Shown here in pieces: positions 15,031-31,980 of a stretch of 64,000 bases of DNA; positions within the stretch are counted from its first letter, which is position 1; each line of letters starts with the position of its first letter. Below the pieces are notes generated by a model. It was not told the origin of the DNA and made no database searches. It saw only the letters and a program-made list of their open reading frames with translations. Source of the DNA: Bugula neritina (taxonomy: Eukaryota; Animalia; Bryozoa); NCBI GenBank assembly GCA_964035545.1, contig OZ037768.1, positions 15,359,875 through 15,423,874 of the forward strand, given 5' to 3'. Both the position numbers and the translations under genes were made by a program.

Positions 15031-18000
15031 TACTGAAATACAGTGTAACATACTGAAATACACTGCAAGACGCTGAAGTATACCGTATTTTACAGAAAGT
15101 AATGTAACATACTGAAACATACATCAACATACTGAAATGAACCGCAAAATGCTAAAATAGACTGCAACATACTGAAATACACTGTAACGTACTGAATCAC
15201 ACTGCAACATACTGCAACATACTGAAATACACTGTAACATACTGAAATATACTGCAACATACTGCAACATACTGGAATACACTGTAACATGCTGAAATAC
15301 ACTGCAACATACTGCAACGTACTGAAATACACTGTAAAATATTGAAATACACTGCAACACATTGAAATATACTGCAACATACCGAAATATATGGTAACCT
15401 ACTTAAAATATACTGTAACACATTGAAATATACCGAACATTCTGAAATACACTGCAACACAATGAAGTATACTGAAATATACAGAAATCTACCAAAAAAT
15501 ACTGAAATATACTTCAACATACTGAAATATACCTAAAAGCATTGAAACATTTTGAAATACACTGTAACATACTGAATCACACTGCAACATACTGCAACAA
15601 ACTGAAATGTACTGCAACATGCTGAAATATACTGCAACATACTGAAATACACTGTAATATACTGAATTACACTGCAACATACTGCAACATACTGGAGTGC
15701 ACTGCAAAAAAATTAAACATACTGTAACACACTGAAACATACTGCAAAAAACTGAAATACATGGTGACCTACTCAAAATATACTGCAACATACTGAAATA
15801 TGCTGTAGCATACTGAAATACACTGCAAAACACTAACGTATACCGTGATTTACAGAAATGTACTGTAACATACTGAAATATACTTCGACATACTGAAATA
15901 TACCTAAAAACCTTGAGACATACTGAAATACACTGTCACATACTGAAGTACACTGCAACACACTGGGCTGTACTGCAACATACCGAAATATATGGTAACC
16001 TACTGAAATATGTTGCAAACAACTGAGATATACTGCAACACACTGCAACATACTGAAATACACTGTAACATACTGAATTACACTGCAACATACTGCGACA
16101 TACTGAAGTACAGTGCAACAAAATTAAACATACTGTAACACACTGAAACATACTGCAAAAAACTGAAATATACTGTACCATACTAAAGCATCCTGCAACA
16201 TACTGAAACATACTTCAACATACCGAAATATTCCTAAAAATCTTGAAAAATAGTGAAATACACTGTAACATACTGAAATACACTGCAACACACTGAAGTA
16301 TACTGTAATATACAGAAATGTACTGTAAAACACATGAATATACTGCAACATTCCGAAATGTACTGCAACACATTGAAATATACTGCAATATACCGAAATG
16401 TGCTGTAGCATACTGAAATACACTGCAAAACACTGAAATATACTGTAATATACAGAAATTCACTGTAACATACTGAAACATACGTCAACATACTAAAATG
16501 TACTGCAACATGCTCAAATATACTGCAATATACTGAAATACACTGTAACAAACTGAATTACACTGCAACATACTGCGACATACTGAAGTCCACTGCACCA
16601 AAATTAAACATACTGTAACACACTGAAACATACTGCAAATTACTGAAATATATGGTAACCTACTCAAAATATACTGCAACATACTGAAATATGCTGTAGC
16701 ATACTGAAATACACTGCAAAACACTGAAGTATACCGTAATTACCAGAAATGTACTGTAACATACTGAAATATACTTAAACATACTGAAATATACCTAAAA
16801 TCATTGAAACATACTGAAATACACTGTAACATACTGAAATACACTGCAACACATTGGACTATACTGCAACATACCGAAATATATGGTAACCTACTGAAAT
16901 ATGTTGCAAACTACTGAAATATACTGCAACATACTGAAATACAGTGTAACATACTGAAATACACTGCAAGACGCTGAAGTATACCGTATTTCACAGAAAG
17001 TAATGTAACATACTGAAACATACATCAACATACTGAAATGAACCGCAAAATGCTAAAATAGACTGCAACATACTGAAATACACTGTAACGTACTGAATCA
17101 CACTGCAGCATACTGCAACATACTGAAATACACTGTAACATACTGAAATATACTGCAACATACTGCAACATACTGAAATACACTGTAACATGCTGAAATA
17201 CACTGCAACATACTGCAACGTACTGAAATACACTGTAAAATATTGAAATACACTGCAACACATTGAAATATACTGCAACATACCGAAATATATGGTAACC
17301 TACTTAAAATATACTGTAACACATTGAAATATACCGAACATTCTGAAATACACTGCAACACAATGAAGTATACTGAAATATACAGAAATCTACCAAAAAA
17401 TACTGAAATATACTTCAACATACTGAAATATACCTAAAAGCATTGAAACATACTGAAATACACTGTAACATACTGAATCACACTGCAACATACTGCAACA
17501 AACTGAAATGTACTGCAACATGCTGAAATATACTGCAACATACTGAAATACACTGTAATATACTGAATTACACTGCAACATACTGCAACATACTGGAGTG
17601 CACTGCAAAAAAATTAAACATACTGTAACACACTGAAACATACTGCAAAAAACTGAAATACATGGTGACCTACTCAAAATATACTGCAACATACTGAAAT
17701 ATGCTGTAGCATACTGAAATACACTGCAAAACACTAACGTATACCGTGATTTACAGAAATGTACTGTAACATACTGAAATATACTTCGACATACTGAAAT
17801 ATACCTAAAAACCTTGAGACATACTGAAATACACTGTCACATACTGAAGTACACTGCAACACACTGGGCTGTACTGCAACATACCGAAATATATGGTAAC
17901 CTACTGAAATATGTTGCAAACAACTGAGATATACTGCAACACACTGCAACATACTGAAATACACTGTAACATACTGAATTACACTGCAACATACTGCGAC

Positions 18001-19200
18001 ATACTGAAGTACAGTGCAACAAAATTAAACATACTGTAACACACTGAAACATACTGCAAAAAACTGAAATATACTGTACCATACTAAAGCATCCTGCAAC
18101 ATACTGAAACATACTTCAACATACCGAAATATTCCTAAAAATCTTGAAAAATAGTGAAATACACTGTAACATACTGAAATACACTGCAACACACTGAAGT
18201 ATACTGTAATATACAGAAATGTACTGTAAAACACATGAATATACTGCAACATTCCGAAATGTACTGCAACACATTGAAATATACTGCAATATACCGAAAT
18301 GTGCTGTAGCATACTGAAATACACTGCAAAACACTGAAATATACTGTAATATACAGAAATTCACTGTAACATACTGAAACATACGTCAACATACTAAAAT
18401 GTACTGCAACATGCTCAAATATACTGCAATATACTGAAATACACTGTAACAAACTGAATTACACTGCAACATACTGCGACATACTGAAGTCCACTGCACC
18501 AAAATTAAACATACTGTAACACACTGAAACATACTGCAAATTACTGAAATATATGGTAACCTACTCAAAATATACTGCAACATACTGAAATATGCTGTAG
18601 CATACTGAAATACACTGCAAAACACTGAAGTATACCGTAATTACCAGAAATGTACTGTAACATACTGAAATATACTTAAACATACTGAAATATACCTAAA
18701 ATCATTGAAACATACTGAAATACACTGTAACATACTGAAATACACTGCAACACATTGGACTATACTGCAACATACCGAAATATATGGTAACCTACTGGAA
18801 TATGTTGCAAACTACTGAAATATACTGCAACATACTGAAATACAGTGTAACATACTGAAATACACTGCAAGACGCTGAAGTATACCGTATTTCACAGAAA
18901 GTAATGTAACATACTGAAACATACATCAACATACTGAAATGAACCGCAAAATGCTAAAATAGACTGCAACATACTGAAATACACTGTAACGTACTGAATC
19001 ACACTGCAGCATACTGCAACATACTGAAATACACTGTAACATACTGAAATATACTGCAACATACTGCAACATACTGAAATAAACTGTAACATGCTGAAAT
19101 ACACTGCAACATACTGCAACGTACTGAAATACACTGTAAAATATTGAAATACACTGCAACACATTGAAATATACTGCAACATACCGAAATATATGGTAAC
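15030..19200. repeat. HOR domain B: 1901-bp higher-order repeat, about 2.2 copies
   Basis: The CAGTGTAAC...CAAGACGCTG landmark starts at 15041, 16942 and 18843. ORF pairs 15090/16991/18892, 15833/17734 and 16485/18386 are all offset by 1901. Private motifs: CACTGGGCTG, CACTAACGTATACCGTG, TTCCTAAAAATCTTGAAAAATAGTG. Confidence 0.95.
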
Positions 19201-19290
19201 CTACTACAAATATACTGTATTACATTGAAATATACCGAACTTTCTGAAATACACTGCAACAAAATGAAGTATACTGAAATATACAGAAAT

Positions 19291-22200
19291 CTACTGTAAT
19301 ATACAGAAATATACTGTAACATACTGCAACATACTGAAATACACTGTAACATACTGATTCACACTGCAACGTACTGCAACATACTGAAATGTACTGTAAC
19401 ATGCTGAGAAATACTGCAACATACTGAAATACGCTGTAACATACTGAATTACACTGTAACATACCGAATTACACTGCAACATACTGCGACATACTGAAGT
19501 ACTGTGCAACAAAATTAAACATACTGTAACACACTGAAACATACTGCAAAAAACTGAAATATACTGTACCATACTAAAGCATCCCGCAACATACTGAAAC
19601 ATACATCAACATACCGAAATATACCTAAAAATATTGAAACATAGTGAAATACACTGTAACATACTGAAATACACTGCAACACACTGAAGTATACTGTAAT
19701 ATACAGAAATGTACTGTAAAATACTGAAATATACTGCAACATTCCGAAATATACTGCAACACATTGAAATATACTGCAATATACCGAAATGTGCTGTAGC
19801 ATACTGAAATACACTGCAAAACACTGAAATATACTGTAATATACAGAAATTCACTGTAACGTACTGAAACATACGCAACATACTGAAATGTACTGCAACA
19901 TGCTCAAATATACTGCAATATACTGAAATACACTGTAACATACTGAATTACACTGCAACATACTGCGACATACTGAAGTGCACTGCATCAAAATTAAACA
20001 TACTGTAACACACTGAAACATACTGCAAATTACTGAAATATATGGTAACCTACTCAAAATATACTTCAACATACTGAAATATGCTGTAGCATACTGAAAT
20101 ACACTGCAAAACACTGAAGTATACCGTAATTTACAGAAATGTACTGTAACATACTGAAACATACGTCAACATACTGAAATGTACGGCAACATGCTGGAAT
20201 TGACTGTAACATACTGAATCACACTGCAACATATTGAATTACACTGTAACATACTGAAATATACTGCAACATACTGCAACATACTGAAATACACTGTAAC
20301 ATACTGAAATATACTGCAAAATACTGAAATACACCGTAACAAACTGAATTACACAGCAACATACTGAAATACACTGTAACATACTGAAATACACTGCAAC
20401 ACATTGGAATGCACTGCAACTTACCGAAATATATGGTAACGTATTGAAATATGTTGCAAACCACTGAAATATACTGCAACATACTGCAACATACTGAAAT
20501 AAATTGCAACACATTGAAATATACTGCAACATACCGAAATATATGGTAACCTACTGAAATACACTGTAACACATTGAATGGGTTTACAGAAATAGACTTC
20601 AACATACTGAAATACACTGTAACATATTGAATCACGCTGCAACATACTGCAACATACTGAACTGCACTGTAACATATTGAAATATACTGCAACCTACTGC
20701 AACATACTGAAATACACTGTAACATATTGAATCACGCTGCAACATACTGCAACATACTGAACTACACTGTAACATATTGAAATATACTGCAACCTACTGC
20801 AACATACTGAAGTACACTGTAACATACTGAAATACACTGCAACACGCTGAAATATACTGAAATATACAGAAATCTATTGTAAAACACTGAAATATACTGC
20901 AACATACTGAAAGATACTGCAACATACTGCAACATACTGAAATACACTGTAACATACTGAAATACACTGCAACACATCGAAATATACCGCAACATACCGA
21001 ATTATATGATAACCTACTGAATTAGACTGTAACACATTGAATCATACTGCAACATACTGAAATACACTGCAACACACTGAAGTATAATGTAATATATGGA
21101 AATATACTGTAACATACTGTAACATACTGATATACGCTGTAAAATATTGAATTACACTGCAACATATTGAAATAAACTGCAACATACCGAAATATATTAT
21201 AACCTACTCAAAATATACTGTAACACATTGAAATATACCGAGCTTCCTGAAATACACTGCAACAAAATGAAGTATACTGAAATATACAGAAATCTACTGT
21301 AAAATACTGAAATATACTTCAACATATTGAATTATACCTAAAAACATTGAAACATACCGAAATACACTGTAACATACTGAAATACACTGCAACACATTGA
21401 AATATACTGCAACATGCTGAAATATATGGTAACCTACTGAAATATACTGTAACACATTGAATTAATTTACAGAAATGTACTGTAACATACTGAAACATAC
21501 GTCAACATACTGAAATGAACTGCGACATGCTGAAATATACTGCAACATACTTAAATACACTGTAACATACTGAATCACACTGCAACATACTGCAACAAAC
21601 TGAAATGTACTGCAACATGCTGAAATATACTGCAACATACTGAAATACGCTGTAACATACTGAAATACACTGCAACACATTGGACTATACTGCAACATAC
21701 CGAAATATATGGTAACCTACTGAAATATGTTGCAAACCACTGAAATATACTGCAACATACTGAAATACAGTGTAACATACTGAAATACACTGCAAGACGC
21801 TGAAGTATACCGTATTTTACAGAAAGCAATGTAACATACTGAAACATACATCAACATACTGAAATGAACCGCAAAATGCTAAAATAGACTGCAACATACT
21901 GAAATACACTGTAACGTACTGAATCACACTGCAACATACTGCAACATACTGAAATACACTGTAACATACTGAAATATACTGCAACATACTGCAACATACT
22001 GAAATACACTGTAACATGCTGAAATACACTGCAACATACTGCAACGTACTGAAATACACTGTAAAATATTGAAATACACTGCAACACATTGAAATATACT
22101 GCAACATACCGAAATATATGGTAACCTACTAAAAATATACTGTAACACATTGAAATATACCGAACATTCTGAAATACACTGCAACACAATGAAGTATACT

Positions 22201-25200
22201 GAAATATACAGAAATCTACTGTAATATACAGAAATATACTGTAACATACTGCAACATACTGAAATACACTGTAACATACTGATTCACACTGCAACGTACT
22301 GCAACATACTGAAATGTACTGTAACATGCTGAGAAATACTGCAACATACTGAAATACGCTGTAACATACTGAATTACACTGTAACATACCGAATTACACT
22401 GCAACATACTGCGACATACTGAAGTACTGTGCAACAAAATTAAACATACTGTAACACACTGAAACATACTGCAAAAAACTGAAATATACTGTACCATACT
22501 AAAGCATCCCGCAACATACTGAAACATACATCAACATACCGAAATATACCTAAAAATATTGAAACATAGTGAAATACACTGTAACATACTGAAATACACT
22601 GCAACACACTGAAGTATACTGTAATATACAGAAATGTACTGTAAAATACTGAAATATACTGCAACATTCCGAAATATACTGCAACACATTGAAATATACT
22701 GCAATATACCGAAATGTGCTGTAGCATACTGAAATACACTGCAAAACACTGAAATATACTGTAATATACAGAAATTCACTGTAACGTACTGAAACATACG
22801 CAACATACTGAAATGTACTGCAACATGCTCAAATATACTGCAATATACTGAAATACACTGTAACATACTGAATTACACTGCAACATACTGCGACATACTG
22901 AAGTGCACTGCATCAAAATTAAACATACTGTAACACACTGAAACATACTGCAAATTACTGAAATATATGGTAACCTACTCAAAATATACTTCAACATACT
23001 GAAATATGCTGTAGCATACTGAAATACACTGCAAAACACTGAAGTATACCGTAATTTACAGAAATGTACTGTAACATACTGAAACATACGTCAACATACT
23101 GAAATGTACGGCAACATGCTGGAATTGACTGTAACATACTGAATCACACTGCAACATATTGAATTACACTGTAACATACTGAAATATACTGCAACATACT
23201 GCAACATACTGAAATACACTGTAACATACTGAAATATACTGCAAAATACTGAAATACACCGTAACAAACTGAATTACACAGCAACATACTGAAATACACT
23301 GTAACATACTGAAATACACTGCAACACATTGGAATGCACTGCAACTTACCGAAATATATGGTAACGTATTGAAATATGTTGCAAACCACTGAAATATACT
23401 GCAACATACTGCAACATACCAAAATAAATTGCAACACATTGAAATATACTGCAACATACCGAAATATATGGTAACCTACTGAAATACACTGTAACACATT
23501 GAATGGGTTTACAGAAATAGACTGCAACATACTGAAATACACTGTAACATATTGAATCACGCTGCAACATACTGCAACATACTGAACTACACTGTAACAT
23601 ATTGAAATATACTGCAACCTACTGCAACATACTGAAATACACTGTAACATATTGAATCACGCTGCAACATACTGCAACATACTGAACTACACTGTAACAT
23701 ATTGAAATATACTGCAACCTACTGCAACATACTGAAGTACACTGTAACATACTGAAATACACTGCAACACGCTGAAATATACTGAAATATACAGAAATCT
23801 ATTGTAAAACACTGAAATATACTGCAACATACTGAAAGATACTGCAACATACTGCAACATACTGAAATACACTGTAACATACTGAAATACACTGCAACAC
23901 ATCGAAATATACCGCAACATACCGAATTATATGATAACCTACTGAATTAGACTGTAACACATTGAATCATACTGCAACATACTGAAATACACTGCAACAC
24001 ACTGAAGTATAATGTAATATATGGAAATATACTGTAACATACTGTAACATACTGATATACGCTGTAAAATATTGAATTACACTGCAACATATTGAAATAA
24101 ACTGCAACATACCGAAATATATTATAACCTACTCAAAATATACTGTAACACATTGAAATATACCGAGCTTTCTGAAATACACTGCAACAAAATGAAGTAT
24201 ACTGAAATATACAGAAATCTACTGTAAAATACTGAAATATACTTCAACATATTGAATTATACCTAAAAACATTGAAACATACCGAAATACACTGTAACAT
24301 ACTGAAATACACTGCAACACATTGAAATATACTGCAACATGCCGAAATATATGGTAACCTACTGAAATATACTGTAACACATTGAATTAATTTACAGAAA
24401 TGTACTGTAACATACTGAAACATACGTCAACATACTGAAATGAACTGCAACATGCTGAAATATACTGCAACATACTTAAATACACTGTAACATACTGAAT
24501 CACACTGCAACATACTGCAACAAACTGAAATGTACTGCAACATGCTGAAATATACTGCAACATACTGAAATACGCTGTAACATACTGAAATACACTGCAA
24601 CACATTGGACTATACTGCAACATACCGAAATATATGGTAACCTACTGAAATATGTTGCAAACCACTGAAATATACTGCAACATACTGAAATACAGTGTAA
24701 CATACTGAAATACACTGCAAGACGCTGAAGTATACCGTATTTTACAGAAAGCAATGTAACATACTGAAACATACATCAACATACTGAAATGAACCGCAAA
24801 ATGCTAAAATAGACTGCAACATACTGAAATACACTGTAACGTACTGAATCACACTGCAACATACTGCAACATACTGAAATACACTGTAACATACTGAAAT
24901 ATACTGCAACATACTGCAACATACTGAAATACACTGTAACATGCTGAAATACACTGCAACATACTGCAACGTACTGAAATACACTGTAAAATATTGAAAT
25001 ACACTGCAACACATTGAAATATACTGCAACATACCGAAATATATGGTAACCTACTAAAAATATACTGTAACACATTGAAATATACTGAACATTCTGAAAT
25101 ACACTGCAACACAATGAAGTATACTGAAATATACAGAAATCTACCAAAAAATACTGAAATATACTTCAACATACTGAAATATACCTAAAAGCATTGAAAC

Positions 25201-28200
25201 ATACTGAAATACACTGTAACATACTGAATCACACTGCAACATACTGCAACAAACTGAAATGTACTGCAACATGCTGAAATATACTGCAACATACTGAAAT
25301 ACACTGTAATATACTGAATTACACTGCAACATACTGCAACATACTGGAGTGCACTGCAAAAAAATTAAACATACTGTAACACACTGAAACATACTGCAAA
25401 ATACTGAAATACATGGTGACCTACTCAAAATATACTGCAACATACTGAAATATGCTGTAGCATACTGAAATACACTGCAAAACACTAACGTATACCGTGA
25501 TTTACAGAAATGTACTGTAACATACTGAAATATACTTCGACATACTGAAATATACCTAAAAACCTTGAGACATACTGAGATACACTGTAACATACTGAAA
25601 TACACTGCAAGACGCTGAAGTATACCGTATTTTACAGAAAGCAATGTAACATACTGAAACATACATCAACATACTGAAATGAACCGCAAAATGCTAAAAT
25701 AGACTGCAACATACTGAAATACACTGTAACGTACTGAATCACACTGCAACATACTGCAACATACTGAAATACACTGTAACATACTGAAATATACTGCAAC
25801 ATACTGCAACATACTGAAATACACTGTAACATGCTGAAATACACTGCAACATACTGCAACGTACTGAAATACACTGTAAAATATTGAAATACACTGCAAC
25901 ACATTGAAATATACTGCAACATACCGAAATATATGGTAACCTACTAAAAATATACTGTAACACATTGAAATATACCGAACATTCTGAAATACACTGCAAC
26001 ACAATGAAGTATACTGAAATATACAGAAATCTACTGTAATATACAGAAATATGTGTAACATACTGCAACATACTGAAATACACTGTAACATACTGATTCA
26101 CACTGAAACATACGTCAACATACTGAAATGTACGGCAACATGCTGGAATTGACTGTAACATACTGAATCACACTGCAACATATTGAATTACACTGTAACA
26201 TACTGAAATATACTGCAACATACTGCAACATACTGAAATACACTGTAACATACTGAAATATACTGCAAAATACTGAAATACACCGTAACAAACTGAATTA
26301 CACAGCAACATACTGAAATACACTGTAACATACTGAAATACACTGCAACACATTGGAATGCACTGCAACTTACCGAAATATATGGTAACGTATTGAAATA
26401 TGTTGCAAACCACTGAAATATACTGCAACATACTGCAACATACCAAAATAAATTGCAACACATTGAAATATACTGCAACATACCGAAATATATGGTAACC
26501 TACTGAAATACACTGTAACACATTGAATGGGTTTACAGAAATAGACTGCAACATACTGAAATACACTGTAACATATTGAATCACGCTGCAACATACTGCA
26601 ACATACTGAACTACACTGTAACATATTGAAATATACTGCAACCTACTGCAACATACTGAAATACACTGTAACATATTGAATCACGCTGCAACATACTGCA
26701 ACATACTGAACTACACTGTAACATATTGAAATATACTGCAACCTACTGCAACATACTGAAGTACACTGTAACATACTGAAATACACTGCAACACGCTGAA
26801 ATATACTGAAATATACAGAAATCTATTGTAAAACACTGAAATATACTGCAACATACTGAAAGATACTGCAACATACTGCAACATACTGAAATACACTGTA
26901 ACATACTGAAATACACTGCAACACATCGAAATATACCGCAACATACCGAATTATATGATAACCTACTGAATTAGACTGTAACACATTGAATCATACTGCA
27001 ACATACTGAAATACACTGCAACACACTGAAGTATAATGTAATATATGGAAATATACTGTAACATACTGTAACATACTGATATACGCTGTAAAATATTGAA
27101 TTACACTGCAACATATTGAAATAAACTGCAACATACCGAAATATATTATAACCTACTCAAAATATACTGTAACACATTGAAATATACCGAGCTTTCTGAA
27201 ATACACTGCAACAAAATGAAGTATACTGAAATATACAGAAATCTACTGTAAAATACTGAAATATACTTCAACATATTGAATTATACCTAAAAACATTGAA
27301 ACATACCGAAATACACTGTAACATACTGAAATACACTGCAACACATTGAAATATACTGCAACATGCCGAAATATATGGTAACCTACTGAAATATACTGTA
27401 ACACATTGAATTAATTTACAGAAATGTACTGTAACATACTGAAACATACGTCAACATACTGAAATGAACTGCAACATGCTGAAATATACTGCAACATACT
27501 TAAATACACTGTAACATACTGAATCACACTGCAACATACTGCAACAAACTGAAATGTACTGCAACATGCTGAAATATACTGCAACATACTGAAATACGCT
27601 GTAACATACTGAAATACACTGCAACACATTGGACTATACTGCAACATACCGAAATATATGGTAACCTACTGAAATATGTTGCAAACCACTGAAATATACT
27701 GCAACATACTGAAATACAGTGTAACATACTGAAATACACTGCAAGACGCTGAAGTATACCGTATTTTACAGAAAGCAATGTAACATACTGAAACATACAT
27801 CAACATACTGAAATGAACCGCAAAATGCTAAAATAGACTGCAACATACTGAAATACACTGTAACGTACTGAATCACACTGCAACATACTGCAACATACTG
27901 AAATACACTGTAACATACTGAAATATACTGCAACATACTGCAACATACTGAAATACACTGTAACATGCTGAAATACACTGCAACATACTGCAACGTACTG
28001 AAATACACTGTAAAATATTGAAATACACTGCAACACATTGAAATATACTGCAACATACCGAAATATATGGTAACCTACTAAAAATATACTGTAACACATT
28101 GAAATATACTGAACATTCTGAAATACACTGCAACACAATGAAGTATACTGAAATATACAGAAATCTACCAAAAAATACTGAAATATACTTCAACATACTG

Positions 28201-31200
28201 AAATATACCTAAAAGCATTGAAACATACTGAAATACACTGTAACATACTGAATCACACTGCAACATACTGCAACAAACTGAAATGTACTGCAACATGCTG
28301 AAATATACTGCAACATACTGAAATACACTGTAATATACTGAATTACACTGCAACATACTGCAACATACTGGAGTGCACTGCAAAAAAATTAAACATACTG
28401 TAACACACTGAAACATACTGCAAAATACTGAAATACATGGTGACCTACTCAAAATATACTGCAACATACTGAAATATGCTGTAGCATACTGAAATACACT
28501 GCAAAACACTAACGTATACCGTGATTTACAGAAATGTACTGTAACATACTGAAATATACTTCGACATACTGAAATATACCTAAAAACCTTGAGACATACT
28601 GAAATACACTGTAACATACTGAAATACACTGCAAGACGCTGAAGTATACCGTATTTTACAGAAAGCAATGTAACATACTGAAACATACATCAACATACTG
28701 AAATGAACCGCAAAATGCTAAAATAGACTGCAAATTACTGAAATACACTGTAACGTACTGAATCACACTGCAACATACTGCAACATACTGAAATACACTG
28801 TAACATACTGAAATATACTGCAACATACTGCAACATACTGAAATACACTGTAACATGCTGAAATACACTGCAACATACTGCAACGTACTGAAATACACTG
28901 TAAAATATTGAAATACACTGCAACACATTGAAATATACTGCAACATACCGAAATATATGGTAACCTACTAAAAATATACTGTAACACATTGAAATATACC
29001 GAACATTCTGAAATACACTGCAACACAATGAAGTATACTGAAATATACAGAAATCTACTGTAATATACAGAAATATACTGTAACATACTGCAACATACTG
29101 AAATACACTGTAACATACTGATTCACACTGCAACGTACTGCAACATACTGAAATGTACTGTAACATGCTGAGAAATACTGCAACATACTGAAATACGCTG
29201 TAACATACTGAATTACACTGTAACATACCGAATTACACTGCAACATACTGCGACATACTGAAGTACTGTGCAACAAAATTAAACATACTGTAACACACTG
29301 AAACATACTGCAAAAAACTGAAATATACTGTACCATACTAAAGCATCCCGCAACATACTGAAACATACATCAACATACCGAAATATACCTAAAAATATTG
29401 AAACATAGTGAAATACACTGTAACATACTGAAATACACTGCAACACACTGAAGTATACTGTAATATACAGAAATGTACTGTAAAATACTGAAATATACTG
29501 CAACATTCCGAAATATACTGCAACACATTGAAATATACTGCAATATACCGAAATGTGCTGTAGCATACTGAAATACACTGCAAAACACTGAAATATACTG
29601 TAATATACAGAAATTCACTGTAACGTACTGAAACATACGCAACATACTGAAATGTACTGCAACATGCTCAAATATACTGCAATATACTGAAATACACTGT
29701 AACATACTGAATTACACTGCAACATACTGCGACATACTGAAGTGCACTGCATCAAAATTAAACATACTGTAACACACTGAAACATACTGCAAATTACTGA
29801 AATATATGGTAACCTACTCAAAATATACTTCAACATACTGAAATATGCTGTAGCATACTGAAATACACTGCAAAACACTGAAGTATACCGTAATTTACAG
29901 AAATGTACTGTAACATACTGAAACATACGTCAACATACTGAAATGTACGGCAACATGCTGGAATTGACTGTAACATACTGAATCACACTGCAACATATTG
30001 AATTACACTGTAACATACTGAAATATACTGCAACATACTGCAACATACTGAAATACACTGTAACATACTGAAATATACTGCAAAATACTGAAATACACCG
30101 TAACAAACTGAATTACACAGCAACATACTGAAATACACTGTAACATAATGAAATACACTGCAACACATTGGAATGCACTGCAACTTACCGAAATATATGG
30201 TAACGTATTGAAATATGTTGCAAACCACTGAAATATACTGCAACATACTGCAACATACCAAAATAAATTGCAACACATTGAAATATACTGCAACATACCG
30301 AAATATATGGTAACCTACTGAAATACACTGTAACACATTGAATGGGTTTACAGAAATAGACTGCAACATACTGAAATACACTGTAACATATTGAATCACG
30401 CTGCAACATACTGCAACATACTGAACTACACTGTAACATATTGAAATATACTGCAACCTACTGCAACATACTGAAATACACTGTAACATATTGAATCACG
30501 CTGCAACATACTGCAACATACTGAACTACACTGTAACATATTGAAATATACTGCAACCTACTGCAACATACTGAAGTACACTGTAACATACTGAAATACA
30601 CTGCAACACGCTGAAATATACTGAAATATACAGAAATCTATTGTAAAACACTGAAATATACTGCAACATACTGAAAGATACTGCAACATACTGCAACATA
30701 CTGAAATACACTGTAACATACTGAAATACACTGCAACACATCGAAATATACCGCAACATACCGAATTATATGATAACCTACTGAATTAGACTGTAACACA
30801 TTGAATCATACTGCAACATACTGAAATACACTGCAACACACTGAAGTATAATGTAATATATGGAAATATACTGTAACATACTGTAACATACTGATATACG
30901 CTGTAAAATATTGAATTACACTGCAACATATTGAAATAAACTGCAACATACCGAAATATATTATAACCTACTCAAAATATACTGTAACACATTGAAATAT
31001 ACCGAGCTTTCTGAAATACACTGCAACAAAATGAAGTATACTGAAATATACAGAAATCTACTGTAAAATACTGAAATATACTTCAACATATTGAATTATA
31101 CCTAAAAACATTGAAACATACCGAAATACACTGTAACATACTGAAATACACTGCAACACATTGAAATATACTGCAACATGCCGAAATATATGGTAACCTA

Positions 31201-31980
31201 CTGAAATATACTGTAACACATTGAATTAATTTACAGAAATGTACTGTAACATACTGAAACATACGTCAACATACTGAAATGAACTGCAACATGCTGAAAT
31301 ATACTGCAACATACTTAAATACACTGTAACATACTGAATCACACTGCAACATACTGCAACAAACTGAAATGTACTGCAACATGCTGAAATATACTGCAAC
31401 ATACTGAAATACGCTGTAACATACTGAAATACACTGCAACACATTGGACTATACTGCAACATACCGAAATATATGGTAACCTACTGAAATATGTTGCAAA
31501 CCACTGAAATATACTGCAACATACTGAAATACAGTGTAACATACTGAAATACACTGCAAGACGCTGAAGTATACCGTATTTTACAGAAAGCAATGTAACA
31601 TACTGAAACATACATCAACATACTGAAATGAACCGCAAAATGCTAAAATAGACTGCAACATACTGAAATACACTGTAACGTACTGAATCACACTGCAACA
31701 TACTGCAACATACTGAAATACACTGTAACATACTGAAATATACTGCAACATACTGCAACATACTGAAATACACTGTAACATGCTGAAATACACTGCAACA
31801 TACTGCAACGTACTGAAATACACTGTAAAATATTGAAATACACTGCAACACATTGAAATATACTGCAACATACCGAAATATATGGTAACCTACTAAAAAT
31901 ATACTGTAACACATTGAAATATACTGAACATTCTGAAATACACTGCAACACAATGAAGTATACTGAAATATACAGAAATC
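19291..31980. repeat. HOR domain C: 2925-bp unit and derived 3815-bp and 3024-bp variants
   Basis: The landmark AATCTACTGTAATATACAGAAATAT (CTACTG start) is at 19291, 22216, 26031 and 29055 (offsets 2925, 3815, 3024). ORF pairs: 19515/22440 and 20219/23144 (2925), 23144/26168 (3024), 26168/29983 (3815). Confidence 0.92.
20621..20820. repeat. 100-bp internal tandem duplication that marks domain C HOR units
   Basis: The block AACATATTGAATCACGCTGC...AACCTACTGC occurs twice 100 bp apart here and at ~23550, ~26570, ~30390 and ~35450. It is single-copy in domain A (e.g. ~1162-1260). Confidence 0.9.
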
